Of a DNA stretch of 64,000 nt, positions 37,701 through 52,700 are shown one piece after another. The position numbers were made by a program, and so were the translations under genes. The notes under the pieces were generated by a model. That model had not been told where the DNA came from, searched no databases, and was given only the letters and a program-made list of their open reading frames with translations. The DNA is from Ascidiella aspersa (taxonomy: Eukaryota), in the NCBI GenBank assembly GCA_963924565.1, contig OZ004607.1, forward strand, positions 14,818,001 to 14,882,000, read 5' to 3'. Position 1 is the first letter of the stretch. Each line of letters starts with the position of its first letter.

Positions 37701-40700
37701 CACTTTACTTCGCTTCTACCTTCCCGCCATCTACCAGCGACGAGCTGAAACCGCACAGTGTGTCCAGGATTAAATGTTGGCCCACCCACTCACCCGCTCA
37801 CACCGAACCGTGTCGTTTTTGCGCTTTGATTTCTTCTACAAAATCTTCTTCTACAAAATCTAATCAAGAAAAAATAGGCCACTTGTGTCCATCGCGCGAA
37901 CTGATCAAATGACCAGAAATTTAATTTTGCATCGTTTGCACTTTCTTTCTCTTATTCTTTTCGATGCCATTTGTTATACTTGGCTCATTTTGTCAGTGAC
38001 CGATTGCACTACGGCGATTCTCCTTGACACTAAAACTCGCTTATTCCAGTAACCCTTTTTCACGTAAACATTATTTACAAACTTGGCGCGGCTTTTTGCC
38101 AAATGAACTTGCGATAATCCGCGAGCTGCCGCCTGGCTTGGCTCTGCAACGAATAACAACAAGCGTGACGTTTACGAGGAGGCTCGTCATTCCCCGAAAA
38201 CAACAATAGACTTAAGCCTTTTCTTTGCTGACAGTCGGCGGTACTTTTGCCCACAGCTTTTCAAGTGCCTGAAGTCGACACGTCGCTACTGATTGTGGTG
38301 ATGTAATAGCCCGACAATTTTGTATGACCTAGAGCGCGAGCGTATCAGTAAATATAACCCAGGTTCTCCGTATCCGACATTACCCGAAATATTGAAATCC
38401 ACTTTCGACAAGTTAGTCTTGGAACCTATTTTCCAACAAAGCCCAATTGGAAACTTTGGATAATCCGTTTTATCTTTCCATTCACTACTAAACCAGAGGT
38501 TCTTCCTCCCTTTGCAGTTGCCGCCGCTCGTTAAAATTTTCACACAACGATTGAGTTTCGGCTTCGATTTACCCCAGCGCTCAACTGCACAAGGCTTTAC
38601 CCTGGGGCCGATTTTTGTCCCACGCATCACTGCTGACAGACGTTTTTACTCTTGCTTTGGGTAAAGAAGCGGCTCTTAAACGATTAGCTGACCTTTTGGA
38701 GTCTCTATATACACTAGACGTCAGGCAACCATTTCTCGTAAAGACTTCAAACGAGATTTCGATAACTTGTTGGTTTCTGCCATATATTTAGTTTTATTTC
38801 GATTTTGTTGAATTTTATGACATACTTACAAAGTTAAGGTTAATATAGTTTGACGTGAATTCACATTTACGCAAGTTTTCACTACTGTTGCAAACAATCA
38901 TTATTTTATACAGATTATGATTGTTACAACACGCTGCACTAATTATCTCAACTTCGAATTACATTAACAAAACTATTAAATCATTTTTTCCAAATAGTAA
39001 ACACTCCTGATTGTTTCGACCGATTAACTTATTAATAATACCGTACTATTTTGCTCAAACGCTTGTACAATGTTCTGCAAACAGTTTTAGTAGCGAATCC
39101 GACGACAACGAGCGAAACAACCTACAACTTACATCTGCAACATTTTTACATTACTCGGATAGGCGAAATCTTTGCAACTTAAGGCATCCAGAAGCCTTTA
39201 CTGAAAACCGAACGAAAGGCGCAACGCAGAGCCGCATATTTACCCGGTGATTAGCCCGTTCGCTACGCTCGTAACAGTGTTTAACGCATGGCCGGATCTC
39301 ACCGCCCCTATCATCATCTGCAACCTCGCTACTGAGGCGAGCCGTTTGTACTGTTGTGCCTAGACAAGGAAAGAGGAGACGTTCCCGGACTCTCTTCCTT
39401 GCCTTGCCTTACACCAAGCTCTGTTTATGTTCTCGCTTTATTCAGCCTCGGGGGCTAACGGATAATGCCCGACGCTGCCTTTGCTGTTCTGCGGCTTAAC
39501 ATGCGCGCGTGAAGTGGCGAGTTTAAATCCTCGGCCTTCATTAGCCCGGTGAGCCATTTCACCGTTGTTTTCTTTCACTTCGAAAATGGCTTGTGCCACT
39601 ACCTTTCCTTTCTACGACGGATGCGGAACTGTTCACTTGCCCACGAAAAACTTCAAGCCAATATGCACCGTAGTTTCAAACTAATACAGCTTTTTTTTTA
39701 ATTGGAAACCTGTGCAATGCGGTAAAACAAAGTTTCGTAAATCCGTCCATGACAGCTGGATTGGAATGATAAATTGTTCTGCTAATCCCCGAATTGCTAC
39801 TTAAAAGACCGCAACCTTGGTCAGTCAACCGATCCGTTGAACATCTAAATGAATCAGAATGTAAAACTGCAAGCTCATGCTCAACGCTAATTATTTTAGA
39901 CTAGTATAAAACAGCTATTTTTACTAGTATAAAACAGCCTTTTTTGCTGAATGTCACTTGGGCCTTTTACGGATTTTTTGTAAAGATTCTGGCGTTTATG
40001 TTGATATAATTAGAAATTTTCCAACTGCTGTGGTGTAAACTCTCGACAGTAAGTTTAGATTACCGCAACAAATACCATTGTTGAAACAACCCGAGCCGCC
40101 ATCAAGCGTTAGAAAAAGCAATACAAACAAGCCTGAAGTTACATACGATTGCCACTCGACCGGTACAATGGCAAAATTTAAATCCACCTTTATGCACCAT
40201 AACTTGTCGCTCGTATCTAACCTGTTCAACACAGGAACAGTTACAATTCGCGACCCACTCGAACTACTGTTAGGCTGTTTAGTGTTTATTTTATACCAAC
40301 ATTGAGAACACTTCTGCGCTCTTTAAAACATTTTCTTCGTACATCGGAAACCTGTTTTGTCAGTTACCACGTTTGTTTCTTTACCGTAAACTTTGTAGAT
40401 GAGGATTTGTATACAAGATTGAGAAATGTGTGCCGGTGCATTCGGTAATATTTTATCTGTCGTGATATATTTGCCCTGCGGTGCATTTCAGAGCCTACAT
40501 GCGTGGGAGGAAATATTGTCCAGGGGTGGCGAAAAATCTATGTGGCTTTTGAGTTAACCTCCTTCGCTAGTGGCGTTTTGTTGGTTGTCAAAATTTGCAA
40601 TGTTTTACAGCGCTGTTTCATGCGAGTGCTCAAAACAACTACCAGACCAAATAACTGCGGTTCATCTGGATTACACTGCGGGTGTTTCGATTAAGGACAC

Positions 40701-43700
40701 AAACCCTTGAAGCCCCTGGTGGCGAATATCCTCGGATTTTGTCGATTAGTTATGAGAGAAGCGCCCAATTTCCATCGTTCGCCGCTTTACAGCTGCGTCT
40801 GCCCGCTCGACACCCGCATCGTTAAGTAACTTACGTACGTGAAGCCACGCACGCCGCGCGATAATTCGATTCTGACGTAACAATCAGCATCTGGCAAGCT
40901 CGAACATCCTATGGGTTCCTTTGCGTTAAGCAATGGCGTCGTTTTTTTTAATATGTTTGGCGCCGGGTTCGGCCGAGGTTAAGCTTGTTACGGTCTCAAT
41001 AGCTCGCGGTGGCGAAGAAACTGTAACGCAACACCCCCCCGTACTCTGTTGTCGAATTTCAACAACAGAACTGTGACGTCATTACTCGGGTCTCGCGGCT
41101 TGGCTAAGTGGCGAAACGTCGCCCAACGCACATAAAAACGCACATATGCCACTCGGAACGACTATAGAGGTTCCGTGCTTTTACGGAAATGTTTTCGCCA
41201 AACCTCTAGTGTGTGCGCAACAATGTCTCGCCTTATATGAGTGAAGTACTTGTTGAATTGGAATTCAATTCACACAATACATTTTGCTGTGTTTTGATTA
41301 TAACGTTATGTAACACACACTAGGTTATCGTTTCCTCGCCGTTGCCTCCAGGGCATACCTTCGCCCTTCAATCTAAAAATATTATATACTAGTATTTATA
41401 AATTTATATTTAAAAGAAAAAAATAGTTGAAATGGCGCTTTTTCTTTCTTTAACCCACAAGTTTTAACTTAGGCCCCATTGTTGAGGCTCTATAGTTCAG
41501 ATCTACTGTATTTAAAACCAAAGATGGATAAAACACACAATATAGGAGAGCTTAAAATCATACTAAAAACAATTCCGCAAGACTTCACTCAGAAAAGTTT
41601 TAATCTATCCCTGAACAATACATTTTCGCTTTCGCATTGTCAAAGGTGTAAATACGCCCAAGATGCGTGGTAACCACGTTATAGCATTACTTATTCAGTC
41701 ACATCTGCGTCTGTTCCACACCACAATCGAGCGTTGTCGAGGGAACAAACAACACGTCGCGCCCAGCAAACACCACACCCTTTGCATTCAACTCCGTCCT
41801 TGCTTGTTGAAAGTTTGCGGGCAGCATGTTACATTTGCCAAAGTAAACACAAACAAACGACTGGCGAGAAAACCAAGAGACCTTCGCGGCTATTGTTTGC
41901 GACCGTGGTGCCAAATCTCGCGCGACACTGAGATGGGTTGAGGCGGGTGGGGCTGTTTCTCTCAACTTGTAGCCGGTAAAATCTAGATTGCCATCGCGAT
42001 CAGATATGCCTTACTGCTGCTAACCTGGCTTAAAATCGCTTGACCAGAGCACCAATTATCGCCGTTACTTCCCCGTAATGCTTCTGCGGTGAGCGGGGTC
42101 TGGAAGCGAAGCTCCTTAACAATGCCTGGAAAAACATTTGCTTTTCGTAAAGTGTTTGGGCTTCTTTGTCGTTGGGCGGAAGGAACGATAGTTGGCCTTT
42201 GTATATCCGACAATTACTGATATGAAGCTTTGAGTTTCAATTGACTCTCCACAATGCTGTCTGCAATAATTACCAGAAATTTTCTCGGTTACTGTTATCC
42301 ACTTTATGCCATTAGCTGATTCAATTTATTACTAGTTAACTCACTTTCCGCATACAACAACTTCAACATCTTATCTGTGCCATCCAATACTAACTAAAGC
42401 TTGCCTTGCATTGACCGAAAAAACGTATTATTTCAAAAAAGTCCTCGCCATATGCTGTTCACGACCTAATTAGCAAATACGCAAAACTCTTTTTTAGCAA
42501 AATACGCAAAACTCTTTGAATCGTTTTTACCACCTTTGCAGACACAAACTGATAGCAAAAGCAAAACGCACTATATTTTTCCTACCATCCACATCTGTCG
42601 TGCATTCGATTGTTGCCGCTCGGCCCAAAACGCGCCAACAACTGTAAACAGGAGATCGCGTGCGATCATCGTTGCTCAACTGACGGTTTACGTAAGGCAT
42701 CTCGAGTATCAACAGTCAAAGCAAACCACCGACCGCGGCAAGAAAGCACGAGCGGCGACTGCTTACTCACCGCCGCTGCTGTCCCCGCTCCCGGGACGTG
42801 TTCACGCACCGTGACGACACGATAAATCGTCCGCATCTGAGCCTTTTTTGTTGCGCGTGTCAAAACGATTCTTGGTCGCCCTCCGACACGCTTTCACATG
42901 GAAATACGCGGCAAGGAGTTGGAGTGTAATCGACCGCGGCCGAGTCCTGAAGGCAGAGGCGCTTTGTTTGTTGGTTCACCACTAAAGGGCGGTGTTCTTC
43001 ACAAACGAGCGACAATGACCTTGCCTCGAATTAAGCGTGGTGGTTTTTGTTAGTTACAATTTTCGCTCTCTTAAATTTTTGGGAAGCCCAAACTGTTCTT
43101 AGCTTGAGCTAACCTATTTTTGACAATTTAACAAAATTGCCCTGTTTTCTGCACATGTTTTCGCCGGTATACCGTACACTTTCTCCCAACCTAACATGTC
43201 CTTATTTGGACTTTATCTTCCCAAACCCAACCTCCAACTAATCGCCGCTTATCATACAAGCGCAGGTGCTTCTTTCTTTGCCAGCCCCGGTCCGCGAAAC
43301 GCACAAAGCTACATTCCGCCCATTCTCAAAATATCGGTAAGAGGGCCAAAACACGCCCTCGGTCCCCGGTCCGAGCGAAATACAAGCGGCGAATTGTCAG
43401 CACCCGACCGTAGCCAGTCACGCGTGAACCGATCCAAGTCGCTTTTTGTGTCTCCCTCGAAATCAAAGCGTTCCTGGGATACGTCTATTTTGTAAATTCT
43501 GGCAACAAAAAGACCAAAATTACGCGGCACCTTGTTACAACGAATTTGAAGACTCTCGTATCTGCGAGGAAAAACTCGGGAAGAAAAGTCTTCGCTCACA
43601 ATTTTCGCGATGTCGGAATCCGATCTGACTCCAATTACCAGCTTTGCAGAGTTTGTGTATGTCACGGCAAAGGTTATGCGGCTTTAACCATCCTGCGTGA

Positions 43701-46700
43701 CCCCGCTGTTTACCATGGACGCGGAACTTACACTCTAATTTTGTTGACGTCATCATGTCGGGGAAGGCGATGGGAAAAGTTTCGCGCGTAATATTGGGAT
43801 TGCTAAGTGCCGGCTTTTTAGAACAGCGGAATTCGATTCACTGGCAGCTCTGAAAACGCCCTACACAAACCTTAAATAAAACTAAGAGGGACGCAACGTC
43901 CTATTTTCATGGGTCAATGACATGGGCAACATGACACCTGAAACCATCAATTATGGGGTCAAAGACGATTTGTTCTTGTTCGTTGGACCAGCCTTAGCCC
44001 ACGATCAAGCTACTATAGCTTGGCAGGAAAATTGTTTCCGAACTTTCGGTGTTTGGCGATCCTCATACCCAAGTTTCAGGGTGCTGTTTATCAGCGCTTG
44101 CGATCTCAGAGTAAAGCCCCAGAACCAAAGTTGCTTTGCTTCTGCGTCATTTTGCCGAAACCACAGGAAGGCTGGTCGCGTACATGCATCGGGCCGCGCT
44201 TTGATTTTTACCATCTGTGGTTATATGGCTCGCACAATGCTCGTAAAATGCCTTCTATGACGTCATGAAACGCAGGGGTCACGCTTCGTTGAGTGGCGCA
44301 AATATTGCAACTTCGACGAATCTATTTTGGTCTTCGCGAGCCACTTGCAGCTATCGACTTCTTTGTAGCAGGGACATTTGGAATTCCGTCTTGTCGCCAT
44401 CCGGTTAAGATTTTGCATTCGTTTTTTTGTTTTATCTTCAAAGACGCGCAGGTTCCTCTTGGACGCGCAACGCTTGACTCTTGTGTCGTCTTGAAACGCG
44501 ATCCGTGGTTGTTGCAAAATCTTACCGCATCCTGTCGCAGTTTTGTCTTTCAGGATTTAGGCACAACTTTTGGCCGTTGGGGCACTTTGAATGGATCGCT
44601 AAACTGGGGCCGGATTTCGTGTAAACGACCAACGTACGCGCGAAGCGACACACCTGGGTATTTCCGTCGCTTGTGTTACAAACAGTATCGGTTTAAAATA
44701 GACTGAAATAATGACTAATTGCAATAGTTTCAGGTTTGAAACACTCGTAGTCCATGAAAAAACAATTTGGCTCTCCTAAAATAGTTCACGTATCAGAAAA
44801 TACTTTCAACGAATTAATAAAGTCTAGCGATTGGTCGCGACATAAACTTGACCTTCGGCTACCAAGTGGACTCTAATCCTCACCACCTGAAAGCTATCTG
44901 CTTCGCTAAATCATGATCGATTTACGAAGAAAAGCCGATCGCAGTCGTATCTCAGTCGACTTTAAACTGCTCGCGCATTGTGGCAAAAATAATAATGTTT
45001 CGATTTATTTCACAGCCACCTGGCCGAATTAATCTCCGTTTTGGCGCTACACAGGTCTATTTGTGCGATTGCATCAATTTAGCGCAATGCTATGCTGGCC
45101 GACTCACCTTGGGGCGTTTTGTGACGTCACAATGCGCCTGTTGTCTGACGACTGAAACCGCTATCGCCGATTAAACTAAAAGATAGAAAGCAAACCGGCG
45201 GAAGGCGCCTCCTTTTGTTGCTTTAATATAGCTTGCGATGGCGCGAACCCGCTTAAAATTCAGCTTAGTCGCTGCTGACGTTCAAAACCTTTCTTGTTCC
45301 CCCTTATTAGCGCAGCGCTCCGCCTAAAATAAAGTCATCACACCACAGACTAATGCTTGTTTGCAAACACGCCTATGTAGAGCACTCCCCTAGCCAATCC
45401 CACACGTCTTGGTGCAGTTCAGCATTGCTTCGTTGACTTTACAGAAAACGCCTTACACGAACGCAATACGCAATTCGACTGTTTAACCCAGCAAAAAAAC
45501 TATATACTAACACGTTGAAAACAGCCCCTTGCCTACCGTATTCAGGTACTTTTCTATTGGGTATATTGGTGCATATCTAATAATTATTTTTTTTTTGGGG
45601 GGGGGATGCCGTTTGGTGATGTCATACATAGATTGCTAAACATTACAGTTTGCGTGCTCTGCTCTTAGTATTTTAATATTACCAGCTGACAATTTGTCAA
45701 ACAGTTTTTTACTTTAATCTACTTGCTTTGTTCTGAAAAAATAGCCTCTTATACAAACAATTTGCCTAAGGCCACAAGAACTCGATACCGCATTGCAAAC
45801 ACATACTCTAAGTGTCTCTTTCCGCTGTTGGTGAAATTCAACGTAGTTTTACGTCAGCACAAGCATACAGAGCCGTGTCGATTTCAAAGCCACATTGCTC
45901 GTTCGTCGTCTTAAATCACGCTAGGAGCGGACTCTGATAAAAGCTTGTTACTATCTGTCGTTGCATCAGACCTTTTTTCTCCACTTAAGCGCTTTTTATT
46001 CCGCCATAGCAGCTCCAAACCTTAGCTTGAAATATGTAGATACAGAAATCAAACTAGTTTTTGATATACAGTTTAACCTTTTTGCCACACCATTGTTTAC
46101 ATATTTCTTGCTGTCGAACCTTCTACAATGATAATGCTGTGACCAGTGTTGTAAACAAGTCATTTGGAAATGACTGAAGTCCCAGTTAAGTCATTTGTGA
46201 AATAACTTAAGTCCAAGTCAAGTCTTTTCAAAAAATAGCAAGTAAAGTCCCAGCCAAGTAATTATTATAGCAAGTCATCTCCAAGTCAAACACTAATATA
46301 ATAATAAACAATATACCACTAAAATTGGTAAACTCGCCCGATTATGAGCAGTAATTCAACTAAAAAATAACCAAAAAACAACGTAGCAATCTAATGGTTT
46401 TACGTGCAAAATTTGAGATTAAAAGTTCACTTCTATAGTAAAATGTTAAATGAAAAAACTTAATTTCAATTTCAACACAAGTCATTTAACTCAATAACTT
46501 AAGTCCAAGTCAAGAAATTTGCCTAAAAGACTTAAATCAAGTCAAGTCATTTTACCAAAATGACTCCAGTCAAGTCCAGTCATTTGACAACAGTGACAAG
46601 TCATTGAAGGTTATTACAACACTGGCTGTGACCTAGGATTATATAATTATTTCCAATCATTACAAAGTTTAAAAACGAAATATAAAATTTTAATTTTGTT

Positions 46701-49700
46701 GAAGCATATGTTGATTTACGACGGATTTTGCCTAATTAAGGGATCTAATTGGCAAGGACTTCAGCACTTTACATTTCACAAAGAGAAAGGGTTTGAAAAA
46801 GGATGTCGCCCCATCATTACTAGCTTTTTCATCGCTGCGTGGGGGTCAAGAGTCTTCGCGCTCAAATCGAGCTCGAACACTCGAGAACCCTCGAACCTCG
46901 AGTCCTGGCATCCCGCGGCAATTTTCAACTGACAAGTGGCGGTTTTTCGCCGAAACCAGCCGCGCCTCGCAGAAACTTAAAAGCACCAATCAGTCCCAAC
47001 CTCATCTGGGCACCTGCAAGCTGCAAACTTCTCTAAAGGTGCCTCACACGAAAGCCGCTCTCGACCTCGGTTTTTAAGCTTGGCCAACACTAAATCTCAA
47101 GTTCACGTCGCATCGAAATCCGCCGGCACATGGATGACGTAATTCGCCCCGCGGCCCACAAAACAAGCAAGCGGTCGTTGTAACTGCACACCTTTTGCAC
47201 GGCAGGAAAGCGCGCGCCTGTGTGTGGCTAGACTCTATATGGAGCGCTTATCGAGGCTTCACACACCGTGGGTCTGGGCGACGCGACCACGCAACAGTAG
47301 CTTTCCTGTGTGCGTTTGCACGACAATTAAACAAGCGTTCTCTTAAAGCACTTTCTTAGCCGGGCAACCACTTGCGCATCTTCGCAACCTTCAGGAGCTG
47401 TTGTCCGTTTTTGTCCGCCTCAACAAAGACAGGCTTGCGTGTGCGCGCATTGCGTACCGGGCGAGAATCAATATTTGACAGTTTGCTCTTACGCCCGCTT
47501 TAAAACCCCGTTGTTTGCCTTTCGTGTTTTCCGGATCCGCCTATGACGTTAAAGCTTTACTGAGTCGTTGTGATAGAAAAGCGACGGTCGGGAGTTCGAA
47601 CCATATCAAAAGCTAGCCGTATACATTAGCCTTAAAAAAATTATTGTTTATTACAGGCACCAAAAGAAAGATTCACGAAAATCTCGAAACAAAATTCTGG
47701 AGAACATGTTAAACAAAGAACATCGAGCGAAAGCAAAAAAGAATCAACCGAAAAGGTACAAAAGCACTCCAAAAGCGCCCTGTTTTACCAGTAGGATTTT
47801 TGACTAGTTACATTGCTCGCTTTACCACTAAGGTTCATCTCTCTGTTAATAATGTTGGTTCTGGAATTTGCTTTTTTATCTTCAGTAAATATTGGCGGTT
47901 ATTTCCCGATGGGCTCGCTCGAGTGTGAGTCTTCTGTATTATGTTTACAAGACAATTGTGTCATATACGTAAAATTTACTGAATAGTGGTACTTTTGATT
48001 AACTTGTGCTATACATAACTCTCACTGTTGTATTTCAACTTTTTCCCTGCACTTTCAGGAAAACAAAGCAAAAGCGAAAGAAGAAGAAAAAAAGAAGAAA
48101 AGGAAACAGCAACAGCAGCTACAACAACAACAACAACAAAAGCAACAACAGAATAAGATAGAAAGACCATTGGCCGTCGACACCAAAGTTTTTGTTGGCG
48201 ACGTCTATCACAGTCACGTGTCGATCGCGTCACGAGCCCTCTTTGAGAAACGTCATTACGACGCGATTTCCGATTATGACGTAGCGCTAAAGATCGTGAA
48301 CGAGTCGAATCACCGGGTAAGGCTGGCGCAGGTTGAATGGAAGGTTAGACATGAACGAAATGTGCCTGTGATGCGGTGATATTGCTTCCTGCTGGCGGCA
48401 AATGCATATATATATATGGGGTCCCGTGTACTCCGAGATACAACGGTTGATAATATTTAAATATTGTTTTTTTAGTTTAATAAAACCCAACACCGTTTTC
48501 ATATGTTTCGGCGTGCTTAAATTGGTTCTGTTTAATACCACTTTTAATAAACATAGCATTTTAAAGCACCTTAGAAAAGCCATTAAATCATATTTATTAG
48601 TTTGTTGAGTTTTATCCACTTGATGGGTTGATTTTCATTTTAAAATAAGTATTTTAGTACTTTGTGTTTCTCGCGGAGCTTATCTCGCTTCTTTGCGGTG
48701 AATAGTAGAACATATGTTGTTTTTTTGCGTAATTTTCGTATTTGCGCCTAGCTCGACAGTTTTTTAGTAAATAAGCTCATCTAACAACAGGTTTTATCGC
48801 CTGCGAGATCGTAAGATGGGCTGGTTCTGTTTGCCTTAGAATAAACTTCTTCTTATCAAAGTCGCGATCGGCTGTCGGTTAACGATTATACTGGACTTTC
48901 TCCTCACGAAAACGCATATTTTTGCAAAAGCTTCATAAAACTATCCGACAGTCTCAAAACAGTACAAATAGAGTGTTTAAATTGCAGAGAATTGCGAAAG
49001 ATAAACGCCTGCTTCACCTTATCATCTCGTAAAAAGTCCGACCTAGGAGAACCCGTAATATTATTTGTTAAAAAGCATCCAACTATTGAAATTAAATTCG
49101 CTGGCTTGAATTTTATGGCTTTCTAGGTGTACCGAATTGAGAAGTTTCACGCCAGGGCCAAAAGATTGGTTGTGCTTTTTACCATATATGATTACTGGTC
49201 TAAAAGTGCCTTATTTTTTTGCGAATACTGCAATTTATTAGGTAGAAAAAGAATTTTGCATTTTCCCTAGCTGCCAAATTTCTGTAATGCCATCGCTTTC
49301 CGATTTTATTCGTCTAAATCTTTGGTGATATTTCCAAAATTACTAACAACTCGAAAACCAATGTTCTAAGCCCTGTTTTAGCCATCACACTACTGCTTGT
49401 GGTGCTACCAGTAGATCTTTGGCTTAAAATAATCACTAGACCGCAAAGCGACATTTTTGTTCTTGTAAGAACTGCCAGTGACCCCTTGCTTTGAAGCGAA
49501 CGATCGTAAAAAAATTCACGAGACGAGTCATCGATCTTAAAAATTCCCGTAATCTGATTTGTGAGTTAATTCAATTGACTTATGGCAAAACATGGCATCT
49601 CCAGACGGTTTAAAATATGTTTTTGAAATATCCGACCCGCTATGCTACTTACGCAACAACATGTTTTGTTTACAGTTGGAATTGTTTTCTTGAGTAACGT

Positions 49701-52700
49701 TGACTGAAAGGTGTACTGTTACATAAAAATTGTTTTAAAGCAACATTTATCAGTAAAAAACCTAAGTATGATTGCCAAAGTCATTATGGATTTCTTTAAA
49801 TCAATAACCTACAATTTTGACATTAGCAATGTCTACCTATTTCCATAGTTGTGTAACCCAAACTAACTACTTCGATACGTACATTAATATTATGAAAAAT
49901 GCCTGTTTGAACAAATTTTAGGTTAAAGCAATACAACATCGGAAGGGTTTCAAAATATTGTGTTACCAAAATAATATAGCGTGTAGTATTTTATCCTTAT
50001 TTAATTTAGATTTCAGTCGACTTTTTTCTCGACCGTCGTGAATTGTTGGCCTCATTTCACTTCGTCACATACCACAGGTTAAAAGCCACGTACACAAACT
50101 GCGACCTATAAAAATATCTTGTTGTGGCGCCTGACCAACTGATAAAGCGCTACTCGACTGTTGCATATTGCCTTATTGTCAGTGATTGCATTTTGCAACA
50201 TTGCGTGAATCAGCACGTGGGAAAAATCGCACCAAGGCTCCTCGCCTTACATCTGGCGCAATATCGTGTGAAAGCGCAGCAGCGGATGTTGTCATCCATA
50301 TGGCGGTTGCACTTCGTTTGCACGCAGAAAATACTTTACTGTGGACCAATTCACTGAATATATTTTTGTTCCTTCTCTTATAAAGGCTTTTTTTAAGTCA
50401 AAATTTGTTAACTTTTTCCTTGAAATTCCTCCAACTCTGACTAAAACCGGTTTAAGGTATAGTTCATGACACTTGCAAAAAAATCGAATAATTTCCTTCA
50501 AAAAACTGGTGTTGGTTTTTAATCCTACATGAAACTTTTAATAGGAAATTCAGTAACTCTACATTATTGAAGTTCTCATGAAATCGATTTCGAAATCGTG
50601 TACCATGATTGTAGGTCCGTACGATCTTTTGAATTGCAGTAAACTTGTTGTTAAATATACAAGTCAAACAAAGTTTGCTTTAGGTTTTTTACTAGTTTAT
50701 GTGTATTTACCAGGAATGGAAAATTACAGCTGTCGAAAACTTCGTGCTAATTTATGCCCGAGGCATATGCTCGCTGGACACTGGGCGTCCACTGGAGATC
50801 GGCAAATCGCTGGACTTTTTCTCGCGCATAATACGACCGCAAAATCCAAAGGAATATTGTCACCCTATGGCCGCCTACGCCTCTGCACGGGCCCAGTATA
50901 ATCTTAACAAGTAAGAAAGTACTTTAATTGATATTTTGATTCAGATAGAACAATGTCCCTTAAGTTTAACAAAAAAAAATAAATAAAAAACTGTTTCTTA
51001 ATTTTCAGCTTTTCTAAAGTTCCTTCTGAGATCGAAAAAGGAATGGAACAGATAAAAAACAAAAGTTTTCCAGGGGTTTTGACCTGGCCAGGTATACCGA
51101 TTTTTTTCGTCTGCACAACGTTTTATTTTGGATTCTCAGGACGATCGACCGCGGTTCGGTGTTGATGAAATGTTTTTGTTCACGTATTTTTTTAAATGTT
51201 GCTACATCTCCCAAAGTATAGATACTTTACAAAGTCGACATTTTCCGTGTATTGCGCCATGCAGCGAATAAGCAAACCGCGAAGCCTTTACCCACCCGCC
51301 ACATGACTCTTAAGTGCTCGTTAAAGCAATAAAACAAAAACACGCAAGCCCTGCAATTGTATATAACCTAAAGTCGACTTGTTTCACATAATATATTCAG
51401 AACGATGGAATCTGGCGTTGAAATTTTTATTCACCTCGCTGGTTTTATAAATACACGTTCCGGCTGGGCCCGTTATTGCTGTAAAAATCCAAATTTATGT
51501 TTTACATTAATCCTTCTGAATTATTTTTACAAGGCATTAGCGAAGTGATTCCGGAGTCAAACGTGGATTATCTGAAGCAACGGATGAAAGCTTTATTGTC
51601 GAACAGTCAAGATCCACCAAGACCAGATGTAGTGTGTCGCTATGATAATTGTAGTAAGGAATACGCGAAAAGAGAAATTTATTTCAGCGATTTGGATTTT
51701 GAGGTTTGCTAAATCCAAATAATAAAAAAAATTGTTTGTTTTATTGTAACAATAGTCAACTTTTTTACTTTGTTTTAGGGTTTTATTTATATACTTTGTG
51801 ATTGGCAATGTGAAACTAGATTTCATTACAAGTGTTGGTCAAAGTTCAAGCATGATAATTTTCAAAAGTCCGGCGACAAGGTTTGTTAACATTTATTATG
51901 ACTGCTGTATAATACTGCCGGGTACACTGTTTTTTGTTCAACTTTTTATATGCTTTGCCAAATTAAACTCGCTAAATTTTATGCAGGAGTTGCTCGGTCT
52001 TTCCTGTTTTACCGATGGTTGTTTGGGTTTAATTTGTGAAATACGAATGATGAATGAAGAGAATCTTGTTAAAAAAGAGGTAAGAGGGCTACAGTGGTTC
52101 ACATATCAACATTTTTTAAATAAACCATTAAAAGGGGGCCTAGTATTCGGGTTTGGTGTTGTTTAAATTTATTACTGCTCTGCTAGGCCACCTTGCGGAT
52201 TTTGTTTAGTCTTTTACAGACTATAGCACAACTTTTATGTTTTGACCTTATCTTGCACTCAATCTATTCAAATAATATAACTTTTATTTTAGGTTAATAT
52301 TCGCCGAAGAAAAATGGAAAAAGTTAATGGTGATACGAGTTATATTCGACCGTCAAAAAGCGAACGGAATTTACTTGCGCGAAAACGTTCTATTCAAGAA
52401 GCCAAAGAAAAGAGAGCAGCATATAAGGAGGCCGCAAATTTTAGTTTAAACGTTGAAGAAATGGTATTGTTTACATGTATTTTTTGTTGTTGATTAAAAA
52501 ATGTATTGAATAGATATTCTTTTTAAACCAATGCTCTTAAAAGTTTTTTAGACTTATCCTTAATTTAGTTTATTGTATCTAAAATTCACAAAAAAAGTTT
52601 TTAAATGAAAATATTCAAAATTGGATATTGCTTAACTAGGCAACCTATCAATAGATAAATATATTTCTTCTGTTGTAAACGAAGTTATTAACCAACGTTT

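Noticed and set aside
43196-44706. Cluster of 100-137-aa ORFs (e.g. 43309-43665 -, 44293-44706 +) in the large intron
   Set aside because: No homologous motifs, no consistent splice structure and no codon bias. Expected by chance in GC-balanced regulatory DNA.
46144-46624. Short CAAGTC repeats resembling an array
   Set aside because: These are irregularly spaced subterminal repeats of a hAT MITE, not a CRISPR array. The context is eukaryotic and there are no cas genes.
47565-47605. GGGAGTTCGAACC B-box-like motif suggesting a tRNA or SINE
   Set aside because: No convincing A box, cloverleaf, tail or TSD.
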